Origin: Puccinia triticina
Lineage: Eukaryota
Length of the DNA stretch: 64,000 bases
Direction of reading: 5' to 3'
NCBI GenBank assembly: GCA_026914245.1
Contig: CP110440.1
Span: forward strand, 3,782,001 to 3,846,000
Shown piece by piece: positions 26,403-38,421 of the stretch (positions are counted from its first letter, which is position 1; the number at the start of each line of letters is the position of its first letter). The notes under the pieces are model-generated. The model had not been told where the DNA came from. It saw only the letters and a program-made list of their open reading frames with translations, and searched no databases. The translations under genes were made by a program, and so were the position numbers.

Positions 26403-27833
26403 AGTGTCAATGAACATTTGGAACACTAGGGTGGGGGTGAAGTTCTTTTGTTTATCCAGAAGCAAAGTCCCGCTTTTCTCACCACTTCAAAATCCCCATA
26501 CAGTGCACAACTGCAAGCAGTCGATAAATTTGTCAATGGGAACCGGAATTAGCGTTGGTTGAATAATGACTTCAAGCATAACATGTCACAAACTCCTCAT
26601 GTCGCTGCTACATGTGCCAACATGGTGTAGTGCTTGCCAAGTTTCATGTTCACAAGTGATGGAGAGCGAGGCAAATGCCTATCTGCAACAGTGTCATGAC
26701 CAGGAAATTGTATTCTCTATGCTCTCGTGCAGCCGCCTGGCACCCAAGGTGTGCTACCCGGCAACAAGCGAGCTTGTTGTGGTGCCATTGGCTACTTTGT
26801 CCCGCTTGGCCGTTTTCCTAGTCAGCTGTGCAGAAGAGCTTGTCGCAGCACTCCACCTGTGTTGTACTTCTCCCCGCCACACAACCTACATACGCATGCC
26901 GCACAGCTATCTCAAAACCCAGGCCCATGGGATTGCATTAGCTAAGCTGGCTCCCCTAAGCGCGCGAGCCAGGTCCAGGTGATGGCGTGTATTGCTGACC
27001 GTTGGCCTGATCAGAGGACCTTTTTTCAGATCTGACGATCACTAGCTTCATAACATAACCTCTCTGCTTTGAGCTGACTGATCACAAACGCAGGAACCCA
27101 ACATCTTAAGACAGGTCAGGCAGGGAAGGGTTGTCGTAACCCAGGAGTCCCAGATGCTAGAGGGAGTCCACTGGGCTGGCCGTTTGAGTAACAATTGCCC
27201 GACTTCAACAGGACTATGCTGGGTTTCCGGCATGGCTGGGCTGGAGGGCCACTTGTTCAGCTGGATCCGGGCTTCCAGCGGTGTCTTCTGAAAGGACTCA
27301 TGGGCAATGTGGAAGAAACAAGAGGCTGCCGGCCAAGGGACTTCCTCTGTTTCAATCTTCAGGTCCAAAAGGCCATAGTAGTTACAGCACAAAAACACGA
27401 ATGAGCCAACAACAGGTTTCAGGAGCGGTTAACGAGGGCGTGTCCGCCGTCATGTTCGGCCGAACTGGGCGGTGGACATCCGCCAGGGTGCGACACCTCA
27501 TCAACAACGGCATTCACCGGTTGGTTTACATATTGGGCTGTCACAGTTGACAGTACGCCCATGGTGGCGTGCCCCTGTGTCCACCCTGATGTTCGTCCGG
27601 GCGTCAGGGTGGACACCGTGGTACCACTCACCAACCAAGCTCTGCATGCTGGCCGCATGAGGCCAAATCATGACAAACTCCCCCCATTGTGCATATTATG
27701 TATGCCTCACCCCTTTCAGTGCTCAAATTGACCACCATCCCTTGTTCCCAACGAGCTCGCACCTTGCCACAAAAATATGATAAATGCCACCTTCCTTGGG
27801 GCGTTCCTGCCTCCATCGAATCACCTGCCCTCA

Positions 27834-28938
27834 ATGCCACCATCCAAGCGCAACTTCCTAGACGGCAAGCCCGCGCGTGGAGTTGCTAGATTGAATGCCA
27901 CGTATTCGACCATCCTCCCAACCTCCAACTCTCCTTGCGCTCGAAGCATGTCCGCTTTCCTCCGAACTCTCCTGAATTTAGTCACTTCCCCTTCAAAAAC
28001 ACCCTCAGTCGATTGGAAGGCCCATCCGTCCGCCCACAGCTTCCACGTTGGGTCTAACTTGCCCAACTCCGTCCTTGTCCACGACATAAACCCAATTCCA
28101 CCTGAAGCTTTACTTACCAAAACTCAGACTGTCCACCCGACTTTTTGCAAGCTCTTCCATGAGGACCTCTCAAGATCTGAATTCCCCGGTTCTTCTTTTG
28201 TCTGGGATCTTCCTTGGGATGGCCACTGGAATCAGCTGTTTGCTCAATTCATCCTCAAGCACTGGCGCAACGCCTACCACGCAGGGGCATTCAAACAGTT
28301 CTTTATTGATCCGGCGGAGGCCACAAGCACATCCATCCAACTTGGTCTTCTGCATCAGTGGTTCATTGGTAGACAAGAAGGATTCAGGCTCGGCAAATTT
28401 TCTCCAGAAATGAAAACGAAAAAGCGACACTCTGAACACAAGTCCAAGATGCGCATGCAGGTATGCCTCCGCACCTACTCAGGGTTATATTTCTATTAAC
28501 CTCGCATCTGCTTCATTATAGCTTCAGCAACATCGTCAAGAAACCCTTCATACACTTCCGGTTCTCCCCGCAGTCAAAAACCTTTTTGACAACATCAAAG
28601 CTACCTCTGACACCGAAACGACACCCACCAAGACTCTGGTAAAGGTGCCCCTACCTTGGCGATCAGATCAATTTACCAATTTTGCTCAGAAGTTGGGTAG
28701 GATATACACCCAGAAGAGGATCACCACTAATGGACGGATTTTTGTACATGCGGTCACCCTCAAGGCTCAAAGACAGCCATCTGGCCCCGCCTCCTCAACC
28801 AGCGTCAGAAATGTACCGCGTCACCTCCCGGCCAACTGTTATTCCCCAACATACTGGTCCGCACTATCTGAATCGGACATGCAGCTTCTCAATCCACAGG
28901 CTCCGGTCGAATGGCCACACTTAGAAACCATTGGGTAA
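27834..28938 (+). CDS. CACTA-associated accessory protein, paralog 2 (347 aa, two exons)
   Basis: Exons 27834-28460 and 28522-28938 in frame. Motifs FVW..WN, SDTE, LPWRS, HLPANCY..YW..L match the gene at 19814-21514. Confidence 0.75.
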
Positions 28939-28977
28939 ATTCTGATCACTCCAGTGAGTTGAATACATACAAATCAT

Positions 28978-31291
28978 TCAAGGAGGTTGGTCATCAACAT
29001 TTGAGCACATTCGTACTGTTCATTTCCTCCAGTTGGTACGCTCAGCCTGCCCCCGCACCGCTACTCAGTTCCACCCCTCTGACAGCGAACCAAAAACAGG
29101 AAAACAAAAAAACTTACAACGCCAACTCCCCTTTCCGCCTCTGTACCTGAAATATGTTCATCTCCAAAGTTCCTTGAACATAGTAACAATAAACAAAAAC
29201 CGGATTCGTCTGGCCCAAGCGGTAGAGTCGGTCGATAGCCTGAAATTCACTCGCAGGATCCCAGCTTGGTTCCTGCGACCCACATGTATATTAGCTTGGC
29301 CCATGTTCAATCCATTCAATTGTTATGTACCATCAGGTACACATTCTGTGCACATCGGAGATCAATTCCTACCCCTGCCGCTCCGAGGGATGCCAGTAAG
29401 ACATTGCAACTTCCGTCTGACCAAAATCTTTCGAGGTTCTCATCACGTTGTTGGGGACTCAACTCTCCATTGAGCCAAGCCAGTTGGATTTGATGATTGC
29501 TGAGAGCATGTTTGATGCTGTGAAAAAAGAACTATCAGAGTGTGTTACATTACCACTTGTGATGACTGTCCGCTCACATTTGAAGAAATGCCACAAAGTT
29601 GGAAAATACTACTGCCTTGGGATGTCGAATTCCGCGGTCTCCTGTTAGGAATGATTGCAGACTGTTCACTAGATGGACAATCTTTCCGGAATCCTGCCAT
29701 CTCCAGGTCGGTTGGAGCAGCATTGTATGTCGGGCGAAGATGGGATGATTACAGAATTGGCGAATCGTTGCCAGTTGACGGAAGAATTCAGAGGGGTTCC
29801 ACGGCGTCTCGGAAGTCCTCAGCCTTCCGAAACTCTGGATAAAGCTTTGATGCAGTTGCTGTGAGACTTCCTCCCATTGGGCACTGTTCTGGACCAGTAT
29901 GCCGTTTTCAACCTTTTCCGGCAGCGTCAGCACCACAGCCTTCGTTCTCCTCAAACAGATTGCTTGCATCAATTTTGTCAGACTGTTAATAGCCTCAGGT
30001 TCCCCAGCCGCGATTTTTGGTATCAGGCATCGTTTCCAGATTGGTTCTTGGTCCCACGGGGCACACTTCAACATTGCTATCAAGCTTTGCAGGTCGGCCA
30101 GGCGGTTTTGGAGCGGTGTCCCCGTTAAAAGTAGTATAAACTGCGCCTGCAGTTGCTGGATGTGATGCGAACTTGGATTCCTGATCAGGCTAGAATCATT
30201 CCAGGCAATCAGTTTCTCTCCACAGTTGGCAATGAACTTCTTACGCACTGTGCTTCATCCAGTACAATCCTGAACCAAGACAGATTCTGGGACTGAATTG
30301 TGGACTGGTCTTGATTCCCCCTCCCTCCAATCATCTTGTAAGTTGTCAGAACGACCATCGACGTCTGCAGATCCGTTCTACTTAGCTTCCTCCGGTTGGT
30401 TCCATGGAAAACACAAAAAGAAATTGTCGAATCTGAAAAGTGGATTTTGATTTCATTCTCCCAATTTGATAGGGTGGCAAGGGGGCAAACAATCAGCGTA
30501 GCGGCTGAGTGATTTTCCCAGTTGGCCCAATGAAACTCGGCGGCCAAATCGCTCGTCAACAGCACGTAAGCTAGAGTTGTCAATGTCTTGCCGAGACCCA
30601 TGTCATCAGCAAGAATCGATCCTCGGGATTTGCATTCTTGCCAGTCCCCCAGGTTCACGCGACATCAATGCATGAAGTCACGGAGCCACGCATTAGCAGG
30701 GTGATCCCAGAGTGATAATGGGTCAAATGCGGAGGACTCGTTTTTTCTTATGAAATCGAGTGCATCAAGCTGATGCGGCTTCAACTGGGTTTGGCATTGT
30801 TGAAGAGCTCCTTCGGCCCATGCTCTTCGTGCTGTCGCATCATCCGCTCGCTGGTTGATGACAAGATGTGGAATGTCGAAGAACACAGCTGGGTTGTAGT
30901 TCCAGATTGGTATGAGCTGAATCTGTGCTGCTGCAAAAGCTCGTTGAACCCGGGTGATGTGTTCTTCCCGGCTGAAGACACAACCACGCATCTCGGCCTG
31001 GACACCGTTGTTGACCACAAAAGCGCGCAGCTTGATGAGGCCAATATTGGTTGGTGGTATCTCGTTGCAGTTGACGGGAGTAGAGCAAGTCGACACGGGC
31101 CCAAGTAAATGACACAGCTGCTCGCTTGCTATCTGGCTCAAATCTCCTATGTATAGTTTTGGTGCGCAGTATACGTGAAGTAGGTGTTGACCTCGTTGAA
31201 GAAAGCTGGCTTGTGGTACATGACTATGCGAGGCCGGCAGAGATCCAGATACCGGGGTGATGAACTGGCCGAGACAGAAGTTCCTACTCAT
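28978..31291 (-). pseudogene. SNF2-family ATPase, Rad5/HLTF-like, without a RING; one frame break near 30660
   Basis: QLKPHQ, ILADDMGLGKT, TLIVCP.ATLSNW..EI, WFRIVLDEA, LTGTPLQN..DL, LRRTK, RQFCNHP, SGKI..L, VVFSNF, AAGVGIDL..AQNVYLMEPSWDP..E.QAIDRLYRLGQ across several introns. Last exon approximate. Confidence 0.9.
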
Positions 31292-32289
31292 TGCTGAGGC
31301 ACGACGGGATTGCTTATGTCGATGATTGATGAGGATCAGAGCAGGTGGAATCCAATCAGGTTTTTGGTGTGGCTTTGTGATGCCAGCGAAGATCCGACCA
31401 CTTCCCCAATATCCAGCCCTCACCCAGATACCACAAGTGTGGGCCCACAACCCTTGCATGTTACGGTTCCTTTGAAGCAAGCTTGCAGATATTGATATCC
31501 CATGATGTAAGCAAGAGCTGAGCAACATACAGTGAGATATGACTTAAATTCTACGCACACTGATACAGATGGGGGCTCTGGGACTGGCTTTGCTGTCAGG
31601 AGTATGGTCAAATTCACCTTTGTCAGGAGAGTCAATCACCCAACCTTTCCCCTCATGTAGGAGCCTAAACAACAGAGCAGTACATGGAAATGAATACCAT
31701 GGTATATATGTAATTGGTGCTGGGGCAGGGCTAAACTTGAGGAGAGGGCCGCGGAGCCTCATCATAGCGTCCGGTTGCACTTCTGACGGGAGGTACTCAA
31801 CACCGGTTGATATTGAAAAACTCCTTGTTGGCTATGTTGAGCACAGTTGTTTAACCCGACTGCTACAATCTGCTACAAATTACTTGGCCTAGAACCAACC
31901 CGCGACCGCACAGAACCCGGGTGACATATCATGCTCCAGTGCTGTCTTGCCCTCAGAACAGGCGGGCAGTAGCCACAATCCATTGGATGAACACTACATC
32001 AGCCACTCAGAAAGTGGCAGATGTCCATGGTTTGGGTTTAATGAATCTTGGTATTGGGTTGGTGTTCATGGGGCAACTCGGGGGTCAGCACCCCGACCTG
32101 AGTGGGGTTTCTTGTGGATATTCATACCTCTGGCTGGTCGGCCTAGGGTATCGTGCTGTAACTGGGTTGAGATCCTCAGATATCTAAAAGATTTCAAACA
32201 ACTGAAAATAATAATTTCTCCGTTTAACCATTTGTATTTACAAGCTAATAGTTAAAGATGAGAAATATAATAGGACAGAAGCTTTTACC

Positions 32290-33114
32290 TGAAAGCAACA
32301 CTGGAGGGTGCTTGCTAACACTGGAGGGTGCTTGCTTAGGGCTCTTCTGTCCGGTTGCTTGAGTCTGGGTCTGATGGCGTTAAACGTGAGATCGGGGTCT
32401 GTCTGGACGTAAATACGATACTAGAGCCGATCTCTCCATTAGCTCTTGATCTTACGCCACGCTGCGCTGTTCTGTGTCTTGTACTCACTGAGACAGAGAC
32501 CAATCAGAGTAGCAGCTTGGTCTTATCCTGTCGGAACGGATGTTCTTGTTGTGAGTCTGTTTGTTGATTGCGCAACGTTCTGAGTCAGTTTTCTTCTGTC
32601 TCTTTGTTCTGTCTTAGCTGTGTTTCTTCTGCTTACCGGGCGCTTGGGCTTCCGATAGTCTTACGAGTAGGTCTTGTTTCTTTCTGGGTCCGAGTTGATC
32701 CGCAAGAGTTCTATGGCAGAAAGATAAGATCTAGTCAGCCTTATTTCTAAGTCTTCTATAATCTAGCTCTTGGAACATACAAGGTTGGTCTTTCTTGTTT
32801 ATTTGGCTGGGCTTTGACCTGTGCGGTTCTTGCTGGTTGATCCGCGGCTGCGATCGTCACTACGATGTTCGTCAGCTTATGGTCTGGGGCTTTGTGCTGC
32901 GAAAGGGGCTTAATCAGCTTACCTTTCTTAGCTGCTGGGCTTGGTCTGGTTGCGAGCTTCCTTGCGGAATGCTGCGCGTCTGGGGTTAACCGCGCGAGCT
33001 TCCTTGCGGGTAGCTGCGGGTGGGGGTCTGGGTCCATAATCCTACAATATCAAGTTGAGCGGTCACAGGAATTCAAAAAATATCCAAATGATAGAGGTAG
33101 TGTAACCCCTGACA
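32290..33114 (-). repeat. Probable solo LTR (about 825 bp) nested in the giant element
   Basis: TG...CA ends on the + strand (TGAAAG...CCTGACA), a 21-bp tandem duplication near 32300-32340 and short internal repeats. GAAGC lies at 32278-32282 and 33115-33119, offset by 7 bp on the left, so boundaries are ambiguous. Confidence 0.5.
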
Positions 33115-33511
33115 GAAGCAGTGGATAAGCTGGAGTTTCTTGGAGTTTGTTCTTTCATGGAGTGTCTCAAAGGTAGTTCATGACCTCTCCTTATTTCTTG
33201 GTCAAAGACGGGTCAGCAGTTGAGCTGGTGCCTGTATTTTAGAAATTCTTGGGAAGATTATACTTACAGGATACAGAATTCCAGATGGCTGCATGGGATC
33301 ACCATCATCTATTTCTTGAATTCTCCCCATGACCACTTAAGCGCATACCATAAGTATGATCCCATCATGCCCTTGATCCAAGTTACACATCAGTTCAACC
33401 TCACTTGGGTCTTACTTACAGGTCAACATCAAACCCAGTTCAGACATAAACCATGACAAAATTATAGCTTGGCACTCTCCAGAGAGTGCCACCAATTCCC
33501 CCCTGGTGACA

Positions 33512-35136
33512 AAGACAAAATTTCCTTCATCTTCTTTCACGTTGACAACTTAATTGTAGTCGGAAACGTTGAAGTATTTGAGAGTCTCTTTTTGCTTCGG
33601 TTTCCAAATTCTTCAGCACACAGTCCGGACACACTTCTTGGGATGGACGTTGTGATTTCCAAGGATTCCATCTCCTTCCATTCCACTGTGCTGGGCATTC
33701 CTAGTGCTGTGTGCAGTTATGAGTAGCCTGAGTAGTACTCAGGCTAATTTCTCTCTTGTGGGATTGATCCCCACTTTGGGCTGACCCAGGTGCTACCCCT
33801 GTAGCCCTCAAGTCACCCCGGTACGGGCTGAGGGGAGTTAGTTCCCTTTTCTCTCTCTTTGCTCCTTTCCCTTGCAGAGGGTTAGGGGCTCCTGGAGGAT
33901 TAGTCCTCAAAGGAGAGTAGGGTTTGTCTGAAGGGGGAACTGGTTGTTCTTCCTTCAGGCCTTGTAACTCCTAGATAATGTTAGGTTTTCTGATCTTACA
34001 AGACCCCAAAAGCTGGAGCCCATCCACAACTGGGCGGGTGGGTGGGGCGAAAAATTTCCTCCGGCTGCTTGACGGCGATCGTCCGGTGTTGAGCTTGAAG
34101 CACGGCGATCTGGAAAGCTGCCTGAGTTCCGGCCCGGGCCCTTCTGCCGGTGTATCCCTCCCCTGTGGGTGGGTTTACTGCGGCTGCGCCTCTCCGCGCT
34201 TTGTGCGCCGCCTCAGCATCACCTCTGCCTCGGAGCGGTGTGTTGCTGGTGGCAGGTTGGGAGTCATTGGGCGCGCCGCTCCATGGACTACGCCCCCATC
34301 CACTGCGCTCCTGAAAGCAACCATAACGCAGGAGAAACTCATTGAGAAAGGACTAAACCTGATAGGCTTGTCAGATTGCAAACCCGTCAATACTCCTCCA
34401 TCAATAGCTGTACAACTCAAGCCGGACAATCAACGTGAAAAGGATGAGTTTGCTAGACTTAACATCAACTATTGCACATTCACCGGAATTCTCAACTACC
34501 TCTCCTCCTGATCTAGCACCTGCGGTATCAATTCTCTCAAGCTTCAATAACGACCCCGGCATAAACCACTGGAAAGAGGTATTACACTGCTGGAAATATA
34601 TCAAAGGCACTAAAGATCTACATCTCACACTTTGACCAGATCCCGCGCTTTCAAAATCACTTCAACACTATACCAATGCCACATGGGCGGAAGACCTAGA
34701 AGCTCGCCTTTCTCGCAGCGGATCAATCTGCTTCTGGAAAAACTGCCCAATAGCATGGAACAGCAAAAGCCAACGCAACATTACCCTATCATCGACTGAA
34801 GCCAAACTCAATGCTCTAGCGGATGGAGTACAGTAAAACCAATGGATCAAGTTCCTTGTTGAAGAATTATGGAATGAAACACTAGAACCGACCAACTTTC
34901 ACATTGATAATAAGGGCCTAGCCAAGAAGCTCAAAAATTTTGGATCCAACTCAAAGACAAAACATCTTGACATCAAGATGAAATGGCTCCGAGATCTGAA
35001 AAGCAAAAATGAAATATTGGTAACTCTCATTTCCTCGGAAGACATGATAGCCGATACTTTGACTAAAGCTAGCAACGCGCAGTCACTCCGTCGACTACAC
35101 ACAAAATGCTTCACGGTGCATTACTCACCAAGTTGA
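33512..35136 (+). pseudogene. copia pol, 3' part (RT, RNase H), with a further insertion
   Basis: HVDN (for HVDD), LLGM, TGILNYL, PDLA.AVS.LS, YTNATWAED, SSTEAK, IDNKG, KTKHLDIK, DMIADTLTK; several stops. Confidence 0.93.
33676..34320. mobile_element. Unclassified insertion of about 645 bp in the copia RT
   Basis: GC-richer foreign segment; removing it restores SKDSIS|ITQEKLIEKGL. At most a 2-bp CC duplication and no clear TIR. Confidence 0.75.
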
Positions 35137-35142
35137 GGGGGG

Positions 35143-35807
35143 TGTTGAAACTCGCCTTGACTCGTGACATGTTCATTCAGTCCGCGCTCTCATTCTGCGC
35201 AGTCTGCGCCGCATCAAGTACCGTCATCTTTGACTCATCAACTAAAACCTAATCTTCAAAAGTCTACTCTTCTCTTGCTTCTCCAGATCGCGGGAGATCA
35301 TCAACATTGAATTGACTCTTCCGCTCATCGGTCCGCTCTTACACTCGTCAATCCTCTACAATCTGCGCTCTCAAAATCAAACAAGATCAAGATTCATCAA
35401 GACTTCAATCACTGTCTCTCAACAAGACTCCAAAAGCTTTAACTCGGACAGCCTTTGTAGCTTTCCACTTGGTGAGAAATGCAACTCTGCGTTTCCGGAA
35501 TTTGATCTGCGCTCTCATTGGTTTATCCTTTGGCTAACTCTGCTCCTTCTTCATTAGTTGACTTCTTTAGATCTTAGCGCTTCTCTTCTTTAGTTCTTAT
35601 ATTGTTGTCCCTAACTTCCTCACTGGGTTTGTCTTTTAATTGTTGTCATTCTCTACTTTCATTCCCCACAACTAATCCTCCTTCTCCATTTCTCAGCTCA
35701 ACTCAACTACTCGTAACTTCTTCTTTACTCAGTTGTTCTTCTACAGATAGCCATCTGTCTCAGGTTTTTGGTCTTACTTTCACAGAAATTTAGTCACCGG
35801 TTCTTTA
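35143..35807 (+). repeat. 3' LTR of copia element
   Basis: Matches 4178-4842; preceded by the PPT and followed by TSD GACAC. Confidence 0.96.
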
Positions 35808-36350
35808 GACACCACCTCCTTGACATAGATGGACACATCAGTTTCACTTCCGCCCACAAATAATTTGAGTTTCTCAGACTGCTAAGACTCACCCTCACAT
35901 GTACATACAAAATTTTGTGGTCCGCTCCTCACAATGCCGCGTACTTGGTAATAAAAATTTATTCCTCCCCTTTCAAACTTGGTGTAGCAGAGGTGCAACT
36001 TCCTCAGTGCAAAATTGTGCCCCAAGTCACCAAGGACATACAACATGTTGGCTGGTGATTCCCTGTTACCAGCCAGGCGTGAGAATTGTGTGAGTCATGG
36101 TTACCAGAGTGGATTTGCACTCTCAACATATCTGTCCCACATCTTGGAGTGGCGGGCAATCTTCCAAAAGGGAATATAGGCGCCTGTATCTAGGTGGGGT
36201 TGCGGGTAGTGTCCCCAAGATGACCTTTTTATATTTCTACCATCTTTCTCACTCACCTTTCTTGCCTTTTTTCCCCCACTTGCATCCTCTGTAGTCCCCC
36301 AGACCACTTCCCTGTGAATCCAGACTTGATCTCACCACACTTTGTCTGCT

Positions 36351-37206
36351 ATGGGCAATTTCAATAGGTGTGATGATAGAGTATTCAAGCTAGTACAGGA
36401 TTGGCTTCAGCGATCTAGATGAGGAGCTTCTGGTGTGGACGGCCTGCCAGGCAAAGGTCCTCCGCTTCGTCGCCAACACTTTTCCACTGCCACAGACACC
36501 TATCCTTTGGCGTGCCTTGCACCATACCCAGTCCCATCATTGGGCCGGCTTCAACCGCGTCAACCAGATTGGCCAGCTCGCCCAATACAACATCAACAGG
36601 ATCAAACACGTCAACTCCAGCCTTGCACCCCGCCTGCGCATTGACGAGTGGGGTCAGCTCCTCTCTCTCTCTCCCTTTACCTTCTCCACTACATCCACAC
36701 AATTGACCCTCTCTCTCTCTCTCTTCTGATCCCTCCACCCCAAAGGTGCCCTCATGCTTAATACAGATGCAATCTCAGATGTTGCCTAACGCCAAGGGAG
36801 ACCTTCACACCAACACTAGGGTCAGGGCGCGCATTGCTTATCTGAGGATTCAGACAATTTCTCACTATTCCCATTGGATCCAGGGGAATATTAATCGGCA
36901 ATGGGCTTTGATTGACAAGCAACTTCAGGACATCCGGGGACGGTGTGGTTCTCACAGGCAAGTGTGAGTGAGCTTTGGAACATCATGTGCTTGTATCTCT
37001 ACTGAACCATGACTATGTACAGTTTTTCCAAGCTCATACTCAAGCTGGATTCAAACTCATTTGGAGATCAATTCTTCTCTTGGCTTGAGGTGGAGAATAT
37101 CTGGCCATCCACCAAGCTCAAAGTGATGGCCAAGATGGTGATTATTGCAGAAGAAAATGTGACAAGACCTTTGCCAACGGCCAGCACTGGTTCCCATCAA
37201 GCATGA
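36351..37206 (+). pseudogene. Degraded multi-exon TE-associated hypothetical gene
   Basis: Exon-like pieces (RARIAYLRIQT..QWALIDKQL; FSKLILKLD..FG) separated by GT-AG introns, with an early frameshift. Divergent from the NVQHNCH transposon fragment. Confidence 0.5.
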
Positions 37207-37939
37207 ATTTGCAAGTAGTTGTTCCTCAAGTGTGCCTATTTCCCCCAATTTGTACATGTGTAAATAGTTCTTCTCATTGATTCTCCTAGTTTTTGTTGTT
37301 GTGACACATCACTTTTGCATTATATTTCACATGCTATTTTACTACAGATTATGTATTTATGGGTTTTGTTTTCTCCCCAACCCAACTATGTACATACACT
37401 CATCTATAAATATTAGTCCTCTAGAAATATATTTCCCCTTGGGGGAGTTTTAATCTCATTCTCGCCATATCCTGATATCTCAGCTCTTCATTTGTTAGTG
37501 TGAATAGTTTATTTGGTGTAGTGTTTGTTGGGCATGTGTATACTTTTTTTTTCCCCCAATGTGTGCGCAATACCAAACCCAACTCTCATTACATAATTGC
37601 CAAGATATTCCATGAACTGGGATTTCCTTGCTCTACACGGCGCATTTCAGTTTGTGCAGCAGGATGCCGCGCCTGTGCCGTGCAACAGTTTGCGCAACGT
37701 GTGCTTAAAAGAGCTCTGGGATATGGCCATTGGTGGGGAGTGCCCCGTTTGTGGGCGGGCTAACGTCGTCTGCTCCCGTCTGGTGACGTGGAATTAGGAC
37801 CGTTGGAATTCTTGAGGGGTCTCAAGACGGCTGCATGGTGCTGTTGCAAGGCCTGGCACGGGGCCCGTGTATGGGCGGTATATTGTTGGGTTTCCCCGTC
37901 CCCAGACGTGCGGGTGCGCCTGTGGTGTATTATCTTGAC

Positions 37940-38400
37940 TACAGCCATTCCAAAAAAGCTTGGCTCTGTTGGAAGGAATTTTTACCCAAACTTTGTCTTG
38001 GATTTGCCAATAATCACTGGCAAGGTTGGACATATGTATATTCATGCCCACCTCATTCTTATATGCAGGGTGCATATACAGCAGCCAGATGCCCTCAATC
38101 ATCTCCTTCCTTTCATTTTTTCCTAATTCTGAGTTCAGAATCAAGTGATTTGGCTGATTTTACCCTGGATGGCATACTGATCCTGTTCGCAAGGTTGGAT
38201 GGTGCTGGTCCCAGCGGCCGGCGTGTTTTTTTCCACTACTGAACAGATTGATTGGTGGGATCCTGCAAGCAACTGCGCTCGCAGGTCTGGATATCATGTG
38301 TCCAACCTTGATGTTGGATGCACATGCATTGGCAAATCCAGAAGGAATTTCCAGCGGAAATTCCTTCCAAAGAAGCCAAGCTTTTTCGGAATGGCTGTAC
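37940..38400. repeat. Imperfect inverted repeat of about 100 bp (37940-38042 / 38290-38400)
   Basis: TACAGCCATTCCAAAAAAGCTTGGC...GGATTTGCCAAT...AAGGTTGGACA appears again in reverse complement. Confidence 0.8.
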
Positions 38401-38421
38401 ATGCACTTTCCTCTCCTCTCA

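Larger units (their letters stand above)
7772..33508. mobile_element. Giant CACTA/CMC-like TIR DNA transposon (25.7 kb) with multi-gene cargo
   Basis: Perfect 39-bp TIRs CACCAGGGGGGAATTGGTGGCACTCTCTGGAGAGTGCCA (7772-7810; reverse complement 33470-33508). 3-bp TSD ACA (7769-7771, 33509-33511). Excision restores the copia RT frame DPCLFIH|KDKISFIFFHVDNL. Contains a CACTA-type transposase. Confidence 0.93.
4178..35807 (+). mobile_element. Ty1/copia LTR retrotransposon (about 5.2 kb once nested insertions are removed), inactivated
   Basis: 665-bp LTRs at 4178-4842 and 35143-35807; TSD GACAC (4173-4177, 35808-35812); G-rich PPT just before the 3' LTR; domain order gag-PR-IN-RT-RH. Confidence 0.97.

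Noticed and set aside
32274..33119. 9-bp direct repeat GACAGAAGC read as a Mutator-type TSD
   Set aside because: No TIRs at the implied ends; the TG...CA solo-LTR reading fits at least as well, so it is left unresolved.
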